This document shows, piece after piece, positions 37,471 through 50,585 of a DNA stretch of 64,000 bases. Within the stretch, counting starts at the first letter, position 1; every line of letters starts with the position of its first letter. Position numbers and translations under genes: made by a program. A model generated the notes under the pieces. It did no database searches and was not told the origin of the DNA. It saw nothing but the letters and a program-made list of their open reading frames with translations. Source of the stretch: Takakia lepidozioides. Taxonomy: Eukaryota > Plantae > Bryophyta. Location: positions 18,228,001 to 18,292,000 of the forward strand of contig CM060731.1 in the NCBI GenBank assembly GCA_030704615.1, written 5' to 3'.

Positions 37471-40004
37471 GCACATTTAGTTGACAAGTTTAATAGCAAT
37501 TTTTTTCTAAGTGTGTCATATGGTGTTGATAACATTCAAGACTATCTAGAATGTCATATCGCAAATCAAAGTCTCAATTTAATTGTCGAGGGTTTAGGGT
37601 CTAACCCTAAGTATTAAGGATTAGTGATTTAGTGTTTAACCCTAAGTGTTGATTAATTACATGAACAACAATATATTATCATTTTACTAGGCATTAGGTG
37701 GTCACTTCATAGAGGTCCGACAACATTGCTAATTGTGTGTTGACAATATCAATTTTGTGTGCCAAAGAGTTTTAGGCATCTAGGTGTTAATAATTAATTA
37801 CAAGAACAACAAGATAACATGTCTGGTTGCTATTTGTCCAATTCAATGAAATTTCAATTAAATGATCAAACTTGTCAATATTGACGCTTTGACTCGAACT
37901 ACCGTTTGCTATTCGTCAGGACCCTGCCGGATTGATTAATTTTTCTTAAAGAAGGGGTCTGGCAGCCTTTTTTTCAAATTCTGCAGTTCCGGCAGTTTCA
38001 CGATAAATAATTTAAAAAAGCACTCTTGGTGCATGTGTGTGTGGCTAGTGCAATGGTATTTGCAAATGAATATGGTGGGGCAAGCCTTGGGGCCGAATTT
38101 CTCTGACATTCGTTCTTGGGAAGGCTTTATTTTAATTTTTTCCGGCAATCTGTTTTTGCATTTAATTATCATCGGACAGCATAGGCAGGTATGGTATAAC
38201 ATCAATCATGGTACAAACATAATGATATCTCAATTGTATCATGGACCTTCTTGACAATTAAATTGACTGCAATTAATATGTCATCCAATTTATTTAATGA
38301 TAATTTCTTAAAAGTCTTGCTATAAAATTTCACCACAATTTTTGAAGCCCTTCGATTTTGTTTCTAAGTTAAATGATTAAATATGACTAAATATAATTAT
38401 TTTTCAATGTTATTTATCGATTGATTTAATTTTATTGTATATCAAGTTTGGTCCAAATTTAAGCCAAATTTGTATTTATAGATGTATGTTGGATGTAATT
38501 CATTATAGCCAATCTTAAGAAGGAGGTCACAGGTCAACCCGCATATTGACCCATGACCTCCTATATAAAGATATATGAGGACTTTTGTGTGGGGGAGAAT
38601 GGACAACTGCATTGCATTGATTGTGACAGTTGGAAGATGTTCACTTTGAAAAGTTAGTTTTAATTGAGATGAAACAATATAGTTATTTATGTTTGTTTTA
38701 CCAATTGTTTGTTTTTAGACATGGCTTGCCTATTATACTGATTATGACACCAAAATTTCAGAGGATTGTGATCACACGTCATGTATTTAGGCAAGGTTAA
38801 TTCAAATAGTATTTATCTATTTCTAGTTAAGCCTATTTACACTTATTTGTATTTTTGGGTATTAAATTGGACTTCATTTGGTCCCACGTGTCGTCTCAGC
38901 GTTGAATCTTACTTAGGTCATGGGCAACCTTAAATCTCCATGCAATGGGTGAAGGAGACTCATCTTCTTCTAGTTGAGCTTCCATAGCAGAAGCTCTTAA
39001 AAGAGAGCTGTGTGGTGAGGATTAATAACTAATTGATTCCTCAACCATGGTGTCATTGGCTTAACTTAGTTTATGTGATAGAGTAGTTGATGTGCACTTG
39101 TAAGGGAGAGAACCTGACCTGAGAGAAGCAAACTTGAGTACATAGGAGAGCTTGAGAGCATATTGCAACTCGAGTACTTACGCCCCCACAACATGATGGT
39201 TGCGACTTCGTTTTGCTTGGTCATATTTCTGACACCAATATTTTTATTGAATGACGCATTTGCTTACTGTGTGTATAATGACGCCTCATATGATATCACC
39301 GCCTTACAGGTACTCATGAATTAGTAGTTACGAGTCACGAAACCTACATGAAAGTGCATTGATCAATTGTAAAGTAATTTGAAATTATTCTAAAGTGTAT
39401 AGAAATAGTTGTAAAGATAAGTCCACTTCACATAGGGGAACTGTACTATTTTCCTCAACGGATCTGAAAAACACACTCACGACTTCCACAACTTTATGAA
39501 ATTCCACTTCATAGTCTAACAATTCTTTGAAAAATCCTCAAATTTCTATATCGTTTGTCATGGTCTTGATACCAATTAGATTGAAAGGGATATTTGCTTA
39601 TATCATATACAAAAATCAACAGTACTCTATAGGTTATCATGAGCTACAGAATTTTTTTAAATTTTTAGATTAGTAGGAAGTGAACGTAAGACTAGTTTTG
39701 ACCATAGTTTAAGATCTATCGATAGGATGTAACACCATTTTAAGTAAATTTGGACTAAAGTTTGGTCCAGAAATAAGGAGAAATATCTGAATATGTATTT
39801 TTTAAATCATTTAAATAAATTTAAATGGATCGTTTTAAATATAAATATAAAGATATAAATAATTATTTGTCTATTAATATATAATATGAGCAATAAAGAA
39901 ACATTATGTATAAACTTCAGGAGAAAAAACAGTTTTTATTTGGCTCATAAAGCAAGTTCCACTGTTCACTCGACGTTTAGTAAGAGTTGAATGAGATACC
40001 AACA

Positions 40005-40206
40005 GTCAGTAGCTCAGTTGGTGAAGTGCACTGAGTGCCACCAAGATGATGATGGGGTCAAATCTTGCTACTGACAAGTGTGGTATGTTCCTGGGTGGTG
40101 TCCCATTCCAATGCCACATGGCGGGGTTACTGTGAAAGAGGTTATACTATTAAGGGGGCTTGATTTGTGAGCTGTCGCTCCCAGGTGTTTCCATTACATT
40201 AAAAAA
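40005..40206 (+). mobile_element. tRNA-derived SINE
   Basis: GTCAGTAG..CTACTGAC acceptor-stem-like pairing, A box TAGCTCAGTTGG, B-box-like GGTCAAATC, a unique body and an A-rich 3' end. Related copies at 1344 and 1521. Confidence 0.65.
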
Positions 40207-43200
40207 TCAATTAGAAAAACGGGTGTCGGGTGATAACTCGTCTCACGATCCGCGGCCTGATGGATGATTGGAGCACCAGTCATATCCGTAACCGCGACTG
40301 AGCTTAAGAAGGCCGTTACTATGTAACGTACAAGACAAATCAATCAAATATATAAGCAAAACATGGCACAATGACACAATACCATGAAATGAAATGAAAG
40401 ACAATGGGGAGACATTGATGATAAACAAACAGGTTTTATTTCAGAACCATGTCAATTTGAGTAAGTTTCGCCCTATGCGGCATGGACCAATACAAGTAAA
40501 TGAGAGTATCAACTTCTAGAAGGAGGGCTGAACTCCGCTAGCACAAGACGATGTCGGCCGACGTACTTATGATGAGAATATTTTGAGGAAAGTCATTTCC
40601 CAAAATCACGATATTTTGACAAGGTTGAAGGGACCATTTTCAAATCTGTATTCTTCCATTGTTCCGAAGGTTGATGGAAGAAGTCCCTGAAATGCTATCT
40701 CGAGCATCGTTGATATGGTGATGACCTCACAAAAAATATCCTCCAATATTACGCCAACCAACAATGTCTTGTGCGACCAAAGTTCAGCTGTAAATCTCGA
40801 AGAATTGGTGGTCTTGCAGACTTTCAGTGAATCGCGAATATGATGAATTACTCGTATGCTCTTCAAAACATAATGTCCAAGTAACTGACCCTGGAGTAAG
40901 ATGCTAAAAATATCCAATTGGGGAGTAAGTATGCTGCTCGTATGTTTCTGGAGAGTGGCTCGGTGGCGAGTACGTTGATGGAGAGAGTGACGTTTTCTGC
41001 GAAATCTTCAAGGAAATAGTGTCGGGTAACCAGTCGAGGTTCATCTGTGACGGGCTGTGGTACTTCTGACGATTTACTGTAAAGCACTCGTAAACTGATC
41101 ACCAACTAAATAATCTCCAACTGACTAACCACCAACTAACTGATTGGAGCTGTCACAAGCAATGTCAAAAATCCTATTTACTGCTAGGTGTTTGATGCTA
41201 TTGTTGTTCTTGTAGCTGAATTGTATAGTAGTCATTTTGCTATTCCCATGCGAACAGTATCAGGTCCCCAGAGACTGTCATATTCAGACTCCCGTATTAG
41301 CCACGGCCCACCATCGTTGACCAATATTAAATTCATCAGCTGCATGTCAGCTGAGAACTAGATCTTCGATTCATTGTATGCGACTCCAGAGAAACACCCT
41401 AGCCCACAAGTAGTTGGCCAGCAGCTTGAGATATTTCTCTGGACTGTGATTGAATGAACTGGAGATTTCATTTCTAGCTGATGGTGTCATGTAGGTGGTG
41501 CCTGATTCCGATTTCGGAAAATGGCAGTCTCAGTGGACCTGATGTTGTTGGAATGAGAATAGCAAAAAGACTCATATAGAAATTAACTATATGAACATAC
41601 GCAGTATCAAGCACCTTGAAGTACATATAATTGTTGAGATTGTTTGCACAGATTGTTAGCAACGGTGTTCCTCCTTTGGCGTCCAGTTCAAACGAGAATG
41701 TCGCTGGAGATTGACGTTCAATTGCTGACATTCTGCCTCCTCATAACACCATTTTGGTGTGCAATGATGGACATCAGAATAGGTCAGCTCTTAGAAAAAG
41801 CACGCGTGATCGCGCGATGTTAATCGTTGGTGTTCCTCAAAAGAATAATGGATCTCCAAACGAAGGATATAGGAACCAAATAAAATACCACGATGATGCT
41901 GTCAATTGTTGGAGATCGGATTATGCAAGCAGGGATAATGACTTCAAACAACTTAAAGACTAGGATTATAAGATACTTGAACAATCCGTCAGGGAACAAG
42001 TGACACCATCAGCCTCGATGATTTGAGTGCGTGTTCTACAACACAACAATGAATCATCCAGGATGATGGTGTGAAATATTCCGGGACGGATTATCCGAAT
42101 ACCTTGAGTTCCCTCGCTGTAACTGACCTGAAGTAACTCACTATGCCTGCAGAATCATCACATCTTCTAATGACAGCATTTTCGTTGTTGAATGCGTGAG
42201 CATAGGAAAAACATCACTCCGACCAATCACATGTGGCATTGTTGAGGTAATATAACACTTTGGCAGTCGGCTGGAGAACCAGGACGATGTTGAAGTCCGC
42301 TTTTCGAACCACGAGTGACCACGCGATAGATCTCTGCCTCTACCACCATTGAGAACCACAACGAGCCGAGTGCATCCAGATTTCAATCAACCACAAGATG
42401 GCCATCAATTCGTCAGGGAAGGAATTTTGAAGCCGCCAAAATTACTTCAATCCATTTGAAGAGAGATTTTAACAGAGCTTCATAATCCGCTCAGGAACAA
42501 ATGAGACGACCATCGTGGGAGCTTGAATTACGAGGTAGGAACCCGAATTCAGTCATAGACGATGATCGTGTCACTTGTTCCCCATCGTAATATGAAAACA
42601 TCGGAAATTTTCTTCTCCTCCAACCTCCTCCAGCCTCCAGCCTGATCTGTTATTGCTTAAACTGACAATGAAGTCAACTTGTTTTAATAACATCTGATGG
42701 CACTGCTGATCCATGCTAGCTCCACAAGAGGATATATGAAGGAACCACGCGTGATCGCGCGTGATTTCTCTCAAACTTCGATGACTAACATTACATCCGA
42801 AAGGATCTGGCATAACATTGACAGAGTTTCTTCCCATATGTGTGTAATGAACAGGTCGGCCATAGTTTAATTCATCAATAACACAGAGTTGCTTCCCAAA
42901 CGGCTCACACTCAACGCATATGTTCGAGATCACCGTCGGATACCACTGATGGCGGAATTTTGTACACCCGAGGAGATGGATACAGTGGGAGATTGATGTA
43001 GGATATGAACAGACATCTCACTGGCAGCTGTACTTGAAGACCTTGACAAACGTAAAGCCTCGCGGTCCCTCCACTCAGCCTTACGGTGCCGTTCCTCTTT
43101 CTTCTCCTGTCGAATTTGATTCTGAACTTGGCACTGGAATATAACTGTGTGGAGGCAACACAGAAGGGAATTGATAAAGAAAATACAAAGATCATTGAAA

Positions 43201-43309
43201 TATCATTGATCTCACAAAAGTCATGTAAAGTCAACAAACGAAAAAGTACAAATGGAGGTTGAAGTAAAGCTGATGGACTACACACAAAATCGGGCAATGT
43301 TAAACTACG

Positions 43310-44030
43310 TACCCAGATAATCGGGATTTTTTTGAGGAGGGTGCCAAACAGAAGCATCAATAAATCTTCCAAACCAGGACCAGTAGACATGATTTCGACC
43401 TATCGGAGGGCAGGAAGATTTGCAGGAGTTCTTGTCGACGTAATCAACAACAGACTAGGCTCCAATCAAGCCAGAGAGAAAAGGCCACAAAGTTTTGGTG
43501 AGGTCAACCAAATCCTCCAAATTGATTGATTCCTTGAATGTGATGGGGAAGACTCCAGGATTCACCGGGTTTCGGAGTGCCTTGGAAGGGTCATCGTCGA
43601 CCAGTAGAATTTGCCCCTGCTTAGCAAATTCTTTCCCACTAAATTTTACGAGAATACTCTTAATATCTTCAATAAGATATTTCATTCCAGGCTTAATATG
43701 TCCAGCTGTATCTGTGCAATGCTCGGCAGACCATATGAAACGAAATTGTTTCATAATTTCCGGAGGAACAAACCACTCCAACATCTTGAATACAGTATCC
43801 AAGACCAAATCGCTACATGAAAATGAGTCAATGCAAGTAAAAGAAACTTCAGCACTCCAGGTCTTGGAACCCACAATGGTCTTGCGGGCACCCGAAATTG
43901 TTACTTTCCTCAAGTGGAACCTCTGTTTAAACAACTCACCTCCGGTAGGAGGTGGCCTGTAGCAAAGAAGTCCATTGACACTCAGTACCAGCAACATGCG
44001 TTTGTGTTTCCGGACACCACACATTTCTTG
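43310..44030 (-). pseudogene. FCP1/SCP-homology (NIF, HAD-fold CTD phosphatase-like) domain carried by the element
   Basis: KRMLLVLSVNGLL corresponds to family motif I LLVLDLNGLL. An alternate frame at ~43800-43875 reads WVPRPGVLKFLLLALTHFHVAIWS (RP..FL..F.V.IWS motif). Also FIWSAEHCT, ILLVDDDPSKALRNP..GVFP and, past a TAG, SVVDYVDKN..PIGRNHVYW. Two compensating frameshifts and one stop. Confidence 0.82.
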
Positions 44031-45719
44031 AGTAACAACGTTCTGAACCATCCAAAAGAGCCCATTAGTTTTTGTTATCTGACCCAAAAATTAGGCATTT
44101 CCAATACATTTTGCAACTCAAAAAATGCCACGACACTTGCGTTTTGTGGTTTACCTCGTTTCTATACCCTGATTTTCAAATGGAATATTTTGCGAAGGTA
44201 ATATTTTCAGCATTACGACATCCAATTGAGACTTGAGACAAAAAATCACAATCGGGAGTCTCTGAGTTTCCTGCAACCACGCGCGATCGCGCAAGATTAC
44301 TTTGTGAAAGTTGTGTCAACAATGTAAATGATATATGTAATTATTACTAGGAACCCATAACCAATAAGACAGAGGACCAAATGAAGGAGATACTTATTAC
44401 TTTTGCTAGATTTACCCTCCGATTCTGAGGCGGGTTACCACTGGAGGCAGGTGAATGTTGAAGGGATAACAGAACGCCAGATGCTGTTTTTTCATGTTTC
44501 GACCGCTGCTAACTGCTGTGATCTTTGACGTTTTCTTGACACAGGACCATCCGGAATTCCGAGGGGTTGGGGATGTGCAGAAATATTTGCCGGTATTGTC
44601 AGTGTGGTGACCTCAGTCGGCGAATGATTGAGTTCAATAACCTTCTCGGTGACGGTTGACAATGGAACTCGATTTCTTTCTTTCTGCACATCCTGAACCG
44701 AATTTAAACGGAAAAAAAAAGATTGCCTTGGAATACAACCCCACAGAAGTTGTCGCTTCACAGGAAGGTCATACGTTGCAGATTTTCTGGTCTGGAGTGA
44801 AGAGAGAAAATCAGAGGATGAACAGAAACACGGTAACAATAAAACGCATGGATGAAATAGAAATAATTCACCTGACTTCTCAGCAGCTGAGGTGTCCAGC
44901 CCTCGTGATCCGGTGACCCGCTTGGAATTACGACATGATGAGGAGAAAGTTGAGCGATAGTTGCAACCAATTGTTTGGTAGACTCATGTAGATGCCCAGT
45001 GACGGCGTCTGGTGGAAAGTGTTGGGAGAAGGACGGCTCCAAGGAGGATTCCCCAAGATATTGAGAGTCGTTCTCCACCATGCAGCCAACCTCAGTTAAA
45101 TCATCGACCCTGCTAACTGTGGATTCACCTTTTGACATTTTGAGCTTCGAAACAGTCTCCATAACAGCAATGGATGCCTGAGTAGACACAAAGTTGTCAT
45201 CTTTGCGTTGGACAGCTTGGGAATAGTCGTGTGGTGGATAGATCATATCATCCTGCCCATTAAGAAATAATTATTAATTCATTGGAAGTTTTTCGCAATG
45301 GAATGCAGAAAGGAAAGCAGAAGGCGGAGAATGAAGTACCAGCTTTGGCGGCACTTGCTCAGAGCCGGATGAGGTTTTGCCGCCAATTCCACCGACGATG
45401 GGTCTTTTGCCGTCCGGAATGTTTTTGTCGACCCCTCCCATAAGTAACCTCGCGCGATCGCCCGTGGTTTCTGAAGCTGCCACCATGGGCGACGATATCC
45501 TCACTCTCAAGTTGTATTGTTTTTTCATTGTACGCTGTTCTGGTATGTGTCACTTCCTCCGTATTGGACTCACAGATCTACAGAAAATGCGGATGATTAG
45601 ACTTCCGTATAAATTTCGATTCATTTACGAGACTATCACTGTGCAATAGGTTCATAGTTCCATTGGTAAAAGATTCTGATGTTATATCAAGTTTGTTATA
45701 AATTGGGTTTTACAAGTGT

Positions 45720-48700
45720 CAGGACAACTTATAATTTGCAATACTCACTTCAACAGAGTTTTGATCGCCAACCAATGCTCTAGAAGCCTGACCATCAACG
45801 ATGTCTCTAACTCGTTGGCTTAAACCTTGATATGGTGACATCCATAATGGCATATCCTCCTCCACAGGACTAAATCCCATCCCTGAGTCTATTTCTGAAA
45901 TCTCCTTATTGAAGACGTATCTAGAAGGAGCGTTATCCTTTACATTGTCTACCACCACTTCTTCAGTGGAGGAAGACAACACAGTTGTCTCGGGATTGTC
46001 TCCTTCACGGGTATTTGTCTGGGCCTGTGGATAGTGGCTTTCTTTTGGTACTACCCTCCCTGCTTATTCAGCTGGTGGATTTCTTCCTTGCTCAATTATT
46101 TCTGTCTCCTCTTCCAAGAAATTGTTGACTGCATCATTGTGTTGATAGTCGCCATTTCCTTCCTCATCTCCCTCATGTCATTCATTTTTCTCCAACGTTT
46201 CGTTTCCGTCACTTTCTTCCTGGTTTTGCTCTGTCTCCAGATCTCTTTGTCCGTCGTCTTCATCGTCATGTCATCGTCATCGTCATCGTCGTCGTCATTT
46301 CCTTCGTCATTATAGTGTCCGGAGCCTTAATCACTGGTTTAATGGGGCTGAACATCAGCACTCCCTGCAGGTGCTCCTCATGGTTCTCAATCTGGGTAGC
46401 TGTAGCAAGAAATACGTAATCAAGACACATGAAAGGCATTGAAAATGACTTTGGCCGGCTCAAGTAAGGATTGTCGAACTCTCCAGGAAGATACAACCCC
46501 TGAAGCAGAATATACTTGTCTCGCCCCTCGCCAAACCTTATGTACGTGACGAAATTGGAAGAGGACCTCTGCGTCGAGAAGAAAACAAATGCATTGGGGC
46601 TCAGCTGCTGTTCGAAGAACGCATCGAAAATATTCTTGTAATTTCTTTGCATGAAAACAGTAGAGTCATCGTCACAGACTGTGTTGACGAACACCATTGC
46701 GATGTTATCGAAATCCCTCTTTCTCACAATTTTTAACTATGTTTTGGCATCCGTGAACCTCCGCTTCCTTCCAATGCACTGGTAATGTGACTTGAATGTA
46801 TCCTTGAGGTTGCTCATTTCCTTCTCCATGTCTTCAACCCTTTTCTTGCATGAAAGCATGTATTTGATGAGAGCATCACTCACTTTCTCGGTTTTCATGT
46901 TCATGTTCACTTTGCTTTTCATGTATTTGGCTCCCAGTTTCGATCGGAATGTCTCGAACTCCAACTTGTTGAACTTGTACATTTTCTTCACTTCAAACCA
47001 TTCTGCTTTTGTGTACGGCTCTGGATGCTGCTTGCTCCTGGCATCATATCCCAATACCATCATAACATCATCGATGATAAACCGCCTGTCCTTTATTCGA
47101 TCGATGTAATCGGACAAGCAGAGAATCTTGGGGTCTTTTCCGTTGTAAGGACCACGAACGCAGATCTTCAAGTCCAAAATCTTTTGCGCAACCTTCTTCA
47201 TTTGAAGGGGGTTCAATCCCTGGAGTTTGCAGACTGCAGATTTGTTAGCTGCGATTGTACACCCTTGTGCTTCTTTCCGTTAATGTCCAAGAGGTTTCCC
47301 TTCTCCCACTCTCTGAAAACCTCCTGCCACTTCTCCCAAACATCGTCATCGCAAAGGACCAAGGTCATGGCCTCCTTAACGCTAAGCATCTCCAATATAA
47401 GTTGTGAGGCTTGCAAAAATTCCTGGTCAACAAGAATAGCATGTCAGGCCAACATACGACAGGGACACACAGTTCTAGTGAATGAACAACAAAACATTAA
47501 ACAATAAAGGAAGTCCGAATAATTACCTTCCACTGGACAGTTTCAAATTTGGAAACGTTATCGTTGAATTTCCTGGACTTCCCCCTCAACTCATAGTACA
47601 TCCTGGCGTGAGCAACTTTCTCCGGGAATGTTGTGTCGATTTTTTGGGTTTTATTTGGGTCGTTGAAGAGCTTGGAAATCTTCAGCAATTGATTATTCCT
47701 ATCTGACCAGAGGATAATTGATGGCCATTCGGCGTAGTAGTCCCTCTGCTCCCAGTCAGTAATCTCCTCCACGAATTCTTGATTTGGAAAATGTTACATC
47801 GGCATGGAATTCAACTATAAAGAATCACGCGCGATCGCGCGTGCTTGCTTATCATGCTTTGCATGTCTATGAAACAAGTCGTCGATGCATCTGATATAAT
47901 CATCTAGTAGAAGCACGCGCGATCGCGCGAGAAGTATAATGAGGAAACGCAAAAAAATATCCGAAAGATGATTCTCATAGAAGCAGAGGAGAATATATAA
48001 GAACGCGTTGATGTACTATACCTTTGCAACCATAATTGTGTGTTGGCCTCCAATGACGAAGAATTTGGATTTGTTAATATCCTTCTGATGCCTTGGTTTC
48101 ATCGCAGACACCTGGGTTGGCACCTGTTCGTTCTTTGGCGCCAAATAGACGAGATGTTTCGTATCTAGAACCCGCAACTGGTATAGACGGGCTTTGACTT
48201 CATCTTTGTGATTGATATTCAGCGGAAGATACACCATGCTTATGGGAGCAAGTTCCATCTTTGAGATGTCAATTGATATTATGTGGTTGAACCCAAAAGG
48301 GAACATGTCTTTGTAGTCATTCTGCAGACTTTGATTCATCGCCTCGCATTTCTTCTTGTCGAAAATCTCGCCAGGTTTTGGCTTCTTGTTGTCATTCATA
48401 AATACAATATCGAGCTCTTCTTTCTTTTTCTTTTTGCCGACTGGCTGCTCCTCTTCATTCTCAGTCTGAGAGGATCCCGCCGTGGACTTCCGTTTCCCTT
48501 TACCCTTTGTCCCCTTCGCTGCCTCATCTTCTCGTTGTTTTCTGTTGATGTTTCCCTACGCATGGAGTACATCTTGGAAAATGCTCCAAGCTCGTACGAA
48601 TCCCTGAGCAGTCAGGGCTGCACCACCTTCAGGGAAAGTGAATCCCATCTTTACAGCTGGTTTCATCATTGCCTTGCGAACGCGATGAGATTCCAGAGAT

Positions 48701-49041
48701 AAGCCTAACGTCTTCTTCGCTCTACCATCCTCCAATATGAAAACCACCATCATTGGATTCTCCACGTCGGACTCCATCTCAACATCTTTAACATAGCCAT
48801 AATTAAGCTCCTTCACCTCCGCTCCAATCTTAAATGAAAACTTCAGTTGGTGGTCAGAAGGTACACCCACAGGATTTATTCCCCACTCGGATATCGCCTG
48901 GTTAAGAGTATACAAAGCTACGTGGTCAATGCTGAAGTTTGGCGATTTTGGTGAGACGAACTCCCCACATATCTCCTTGCATACGCCAACCAGGCAATCC
49001 GCCGGTATGTTTGACTGACGACTGAACATGAAACACAACAT
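45720..49041 (-). pseudogene. Large multi-exon accessory gene with basic NLS-like tract, ParB/Srx-like motif and acidic D/E tract
   Basis: ORFs 48556-49041 and 48016-48399 share a frame across one TAG (linker KGKGKRK..GKKKKKEE). FFVIGGQHTIMVAK precedes a GT donor at ~48021. Introns at ~47785-48021 and ~47424-47527. Coding continues through 47213-47416, 46737-47216 and 46266-46727 into a (GAC/GAT)n poly-Asp tract near 46260-46310. May continue to the FCP1-like exon. Confidence 0.6.
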
Positions 49042-49546
49042 TATGGTATCTGGATTAGATATCTCATGGCGTTATTTCAGGATTGAGAGGAAAGGCCGAA
49101 GTTTGAAACAAATCATAATGTTACGGATGTCAGACCAAATTACAAATGGGAATCCCACTAAGAAGAAATGGAATTGAAAGAAACTAACATACAATTAAGC
49201 TGGAATAGGGACATTCAATTGTGACTGCAATATGGAATAAATGGAATGGACTAAATCAATGTCACTATTAAACTGGAAATCTCAAAAGCTGCAGATCATT
49301 AAATTGGTTTAAAAAATCGTGAAGAATACTTTATTATTCAACAGTGAAGAATGAAAACGGAGACATTGTTGGCGTTTAAATGTACAATCATATATGCCTG
49401 CCTAAAACTGAGATGAAGGACTATATCATGGTGATTCAGGTCACCTCCATAAAGTGATCCTACTGATTATTGTATGTATTCGATGGAACCACGTCGAGAT
49501 TCTGAACTGGTTCAAGTACACTCCTGTGAGTCCGTGAAGAATCAAT

Positions 49547-50171
49547 CTATTTCTGATGATTCTGAATGTCGGAACTTACAGTTGACCTAGGTGTGTACTG
49601 TGCCAAAAATGAGGCCAATGCAGCCGACCCGAATCTGAGGTGGCTAAAGTATCCTATTGGTGAGTATTCTGGGGATCTCGGAGTATACTCTGGCGATGAG
49701 GGTGTATACTTTGGGGATGCCGGAGTGTACTCTGGGGTTGAGGGAGTGTACTCTGGTGATACGGGAGTATACTTCGGAGATTCGGGTGTATAATCTTGGG
49801 TATCTGGCGTATACGCGGTACATAGCGTAGAAATCATTTGATTCTGCCGATACTTCAGCTACAGGATCTCCGGAAGACCCTCCAAAGTATTTTTCTAGAA
49901 AAGAACTTAAAGCTGCTGACCCGGGAGGAACGTCGCAAAAATATCCTATTGGTGAATAATTGTCTTGATCGTCTGATTCAGGGGAGTAGGTGTCAGGCTC
50001 CTCTATGGATGGAATTGTAGAAACCGGAGATGATATAACATGAACTCCTTCGGAAGGTCCCGTCATAATAACCGTAGCTCCGCATTCACCTTGTGAGGAG
50101 GGTGAAAGCGTTGTCTTGTGTCCGGTATGTTCCATCTCTTTCTCCTCCCTCATCGAACACGAATCCACCAC
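49547..50171 (-). pseudogene. Small acidic Ser/Pro-rich ORF with RNA Pol II CTD-like heptad repeats (frameshifted)
   Basis: ORFs 49644-50171 and 49547-49837 join via a frameshift near 49840. Both contain the module YSPIGYF..GSAAL.SFL..Y, which flanks the heptads. Confidence 0.7.
49658..49813 (-). repeat. 21-bp tandem repeat encoding YTPxSPx heptads
   Basis: [52 protein letters not shown], compared with the Pol II CTD consensus YSPTSPS. Confidence 0.92.
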
Positions 50172-50585
50172 ATTGGAAGAATCATCAAGAACTCGTGCTC
50201 AGATACAGACTGTACAGAAAGAGACACGCGAAGAATGCGCGATCGCGCGTATTTGGTCCACAATTTTCCCTCCAATAACGTAAAATCCGATTATAAGCAA
50301 CAACGATGTTACTAAGCATGGCGAACAAAATCCATATACATGACTTTGTTCTTTCAGTCATATAAGAGTATCCTGACATCTATTATCCCAAGAAAATTCT
50401 TCTGAGTTGTAGCAACATCAGAACCACGCGCGATCGCGCGTTATTGAGTTGAGACACAGATGAACTAATTTCATCCCACTGCGAGAAGTCTACCAGAAGG
50501 ACTATTAAAGTACATTGAGAACATTGAGGATTATTCAGCTAGAAGTCGTTTTTATTTATATTTAGAATAAGACTGAAACGAAGAA

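Noticed and set aside
38487-39193. Solo LTR (TGTTGG..CAACA with a TATA-like tract)
   Set aside because: No matching target-site duplication found.
40005-40076. Functional tRNA gene
   Set aside because: Anticodon and T arms are degenerate, and the head continues into a shared body and A-rich tail, as expected for a SINE.
49658-49813. RPB1 (Pol II largest subunit) gene
   Set aside because: No polymerase domains anywhere in the window, and the heptads are few and non-consensus (Thr2, K/E7).
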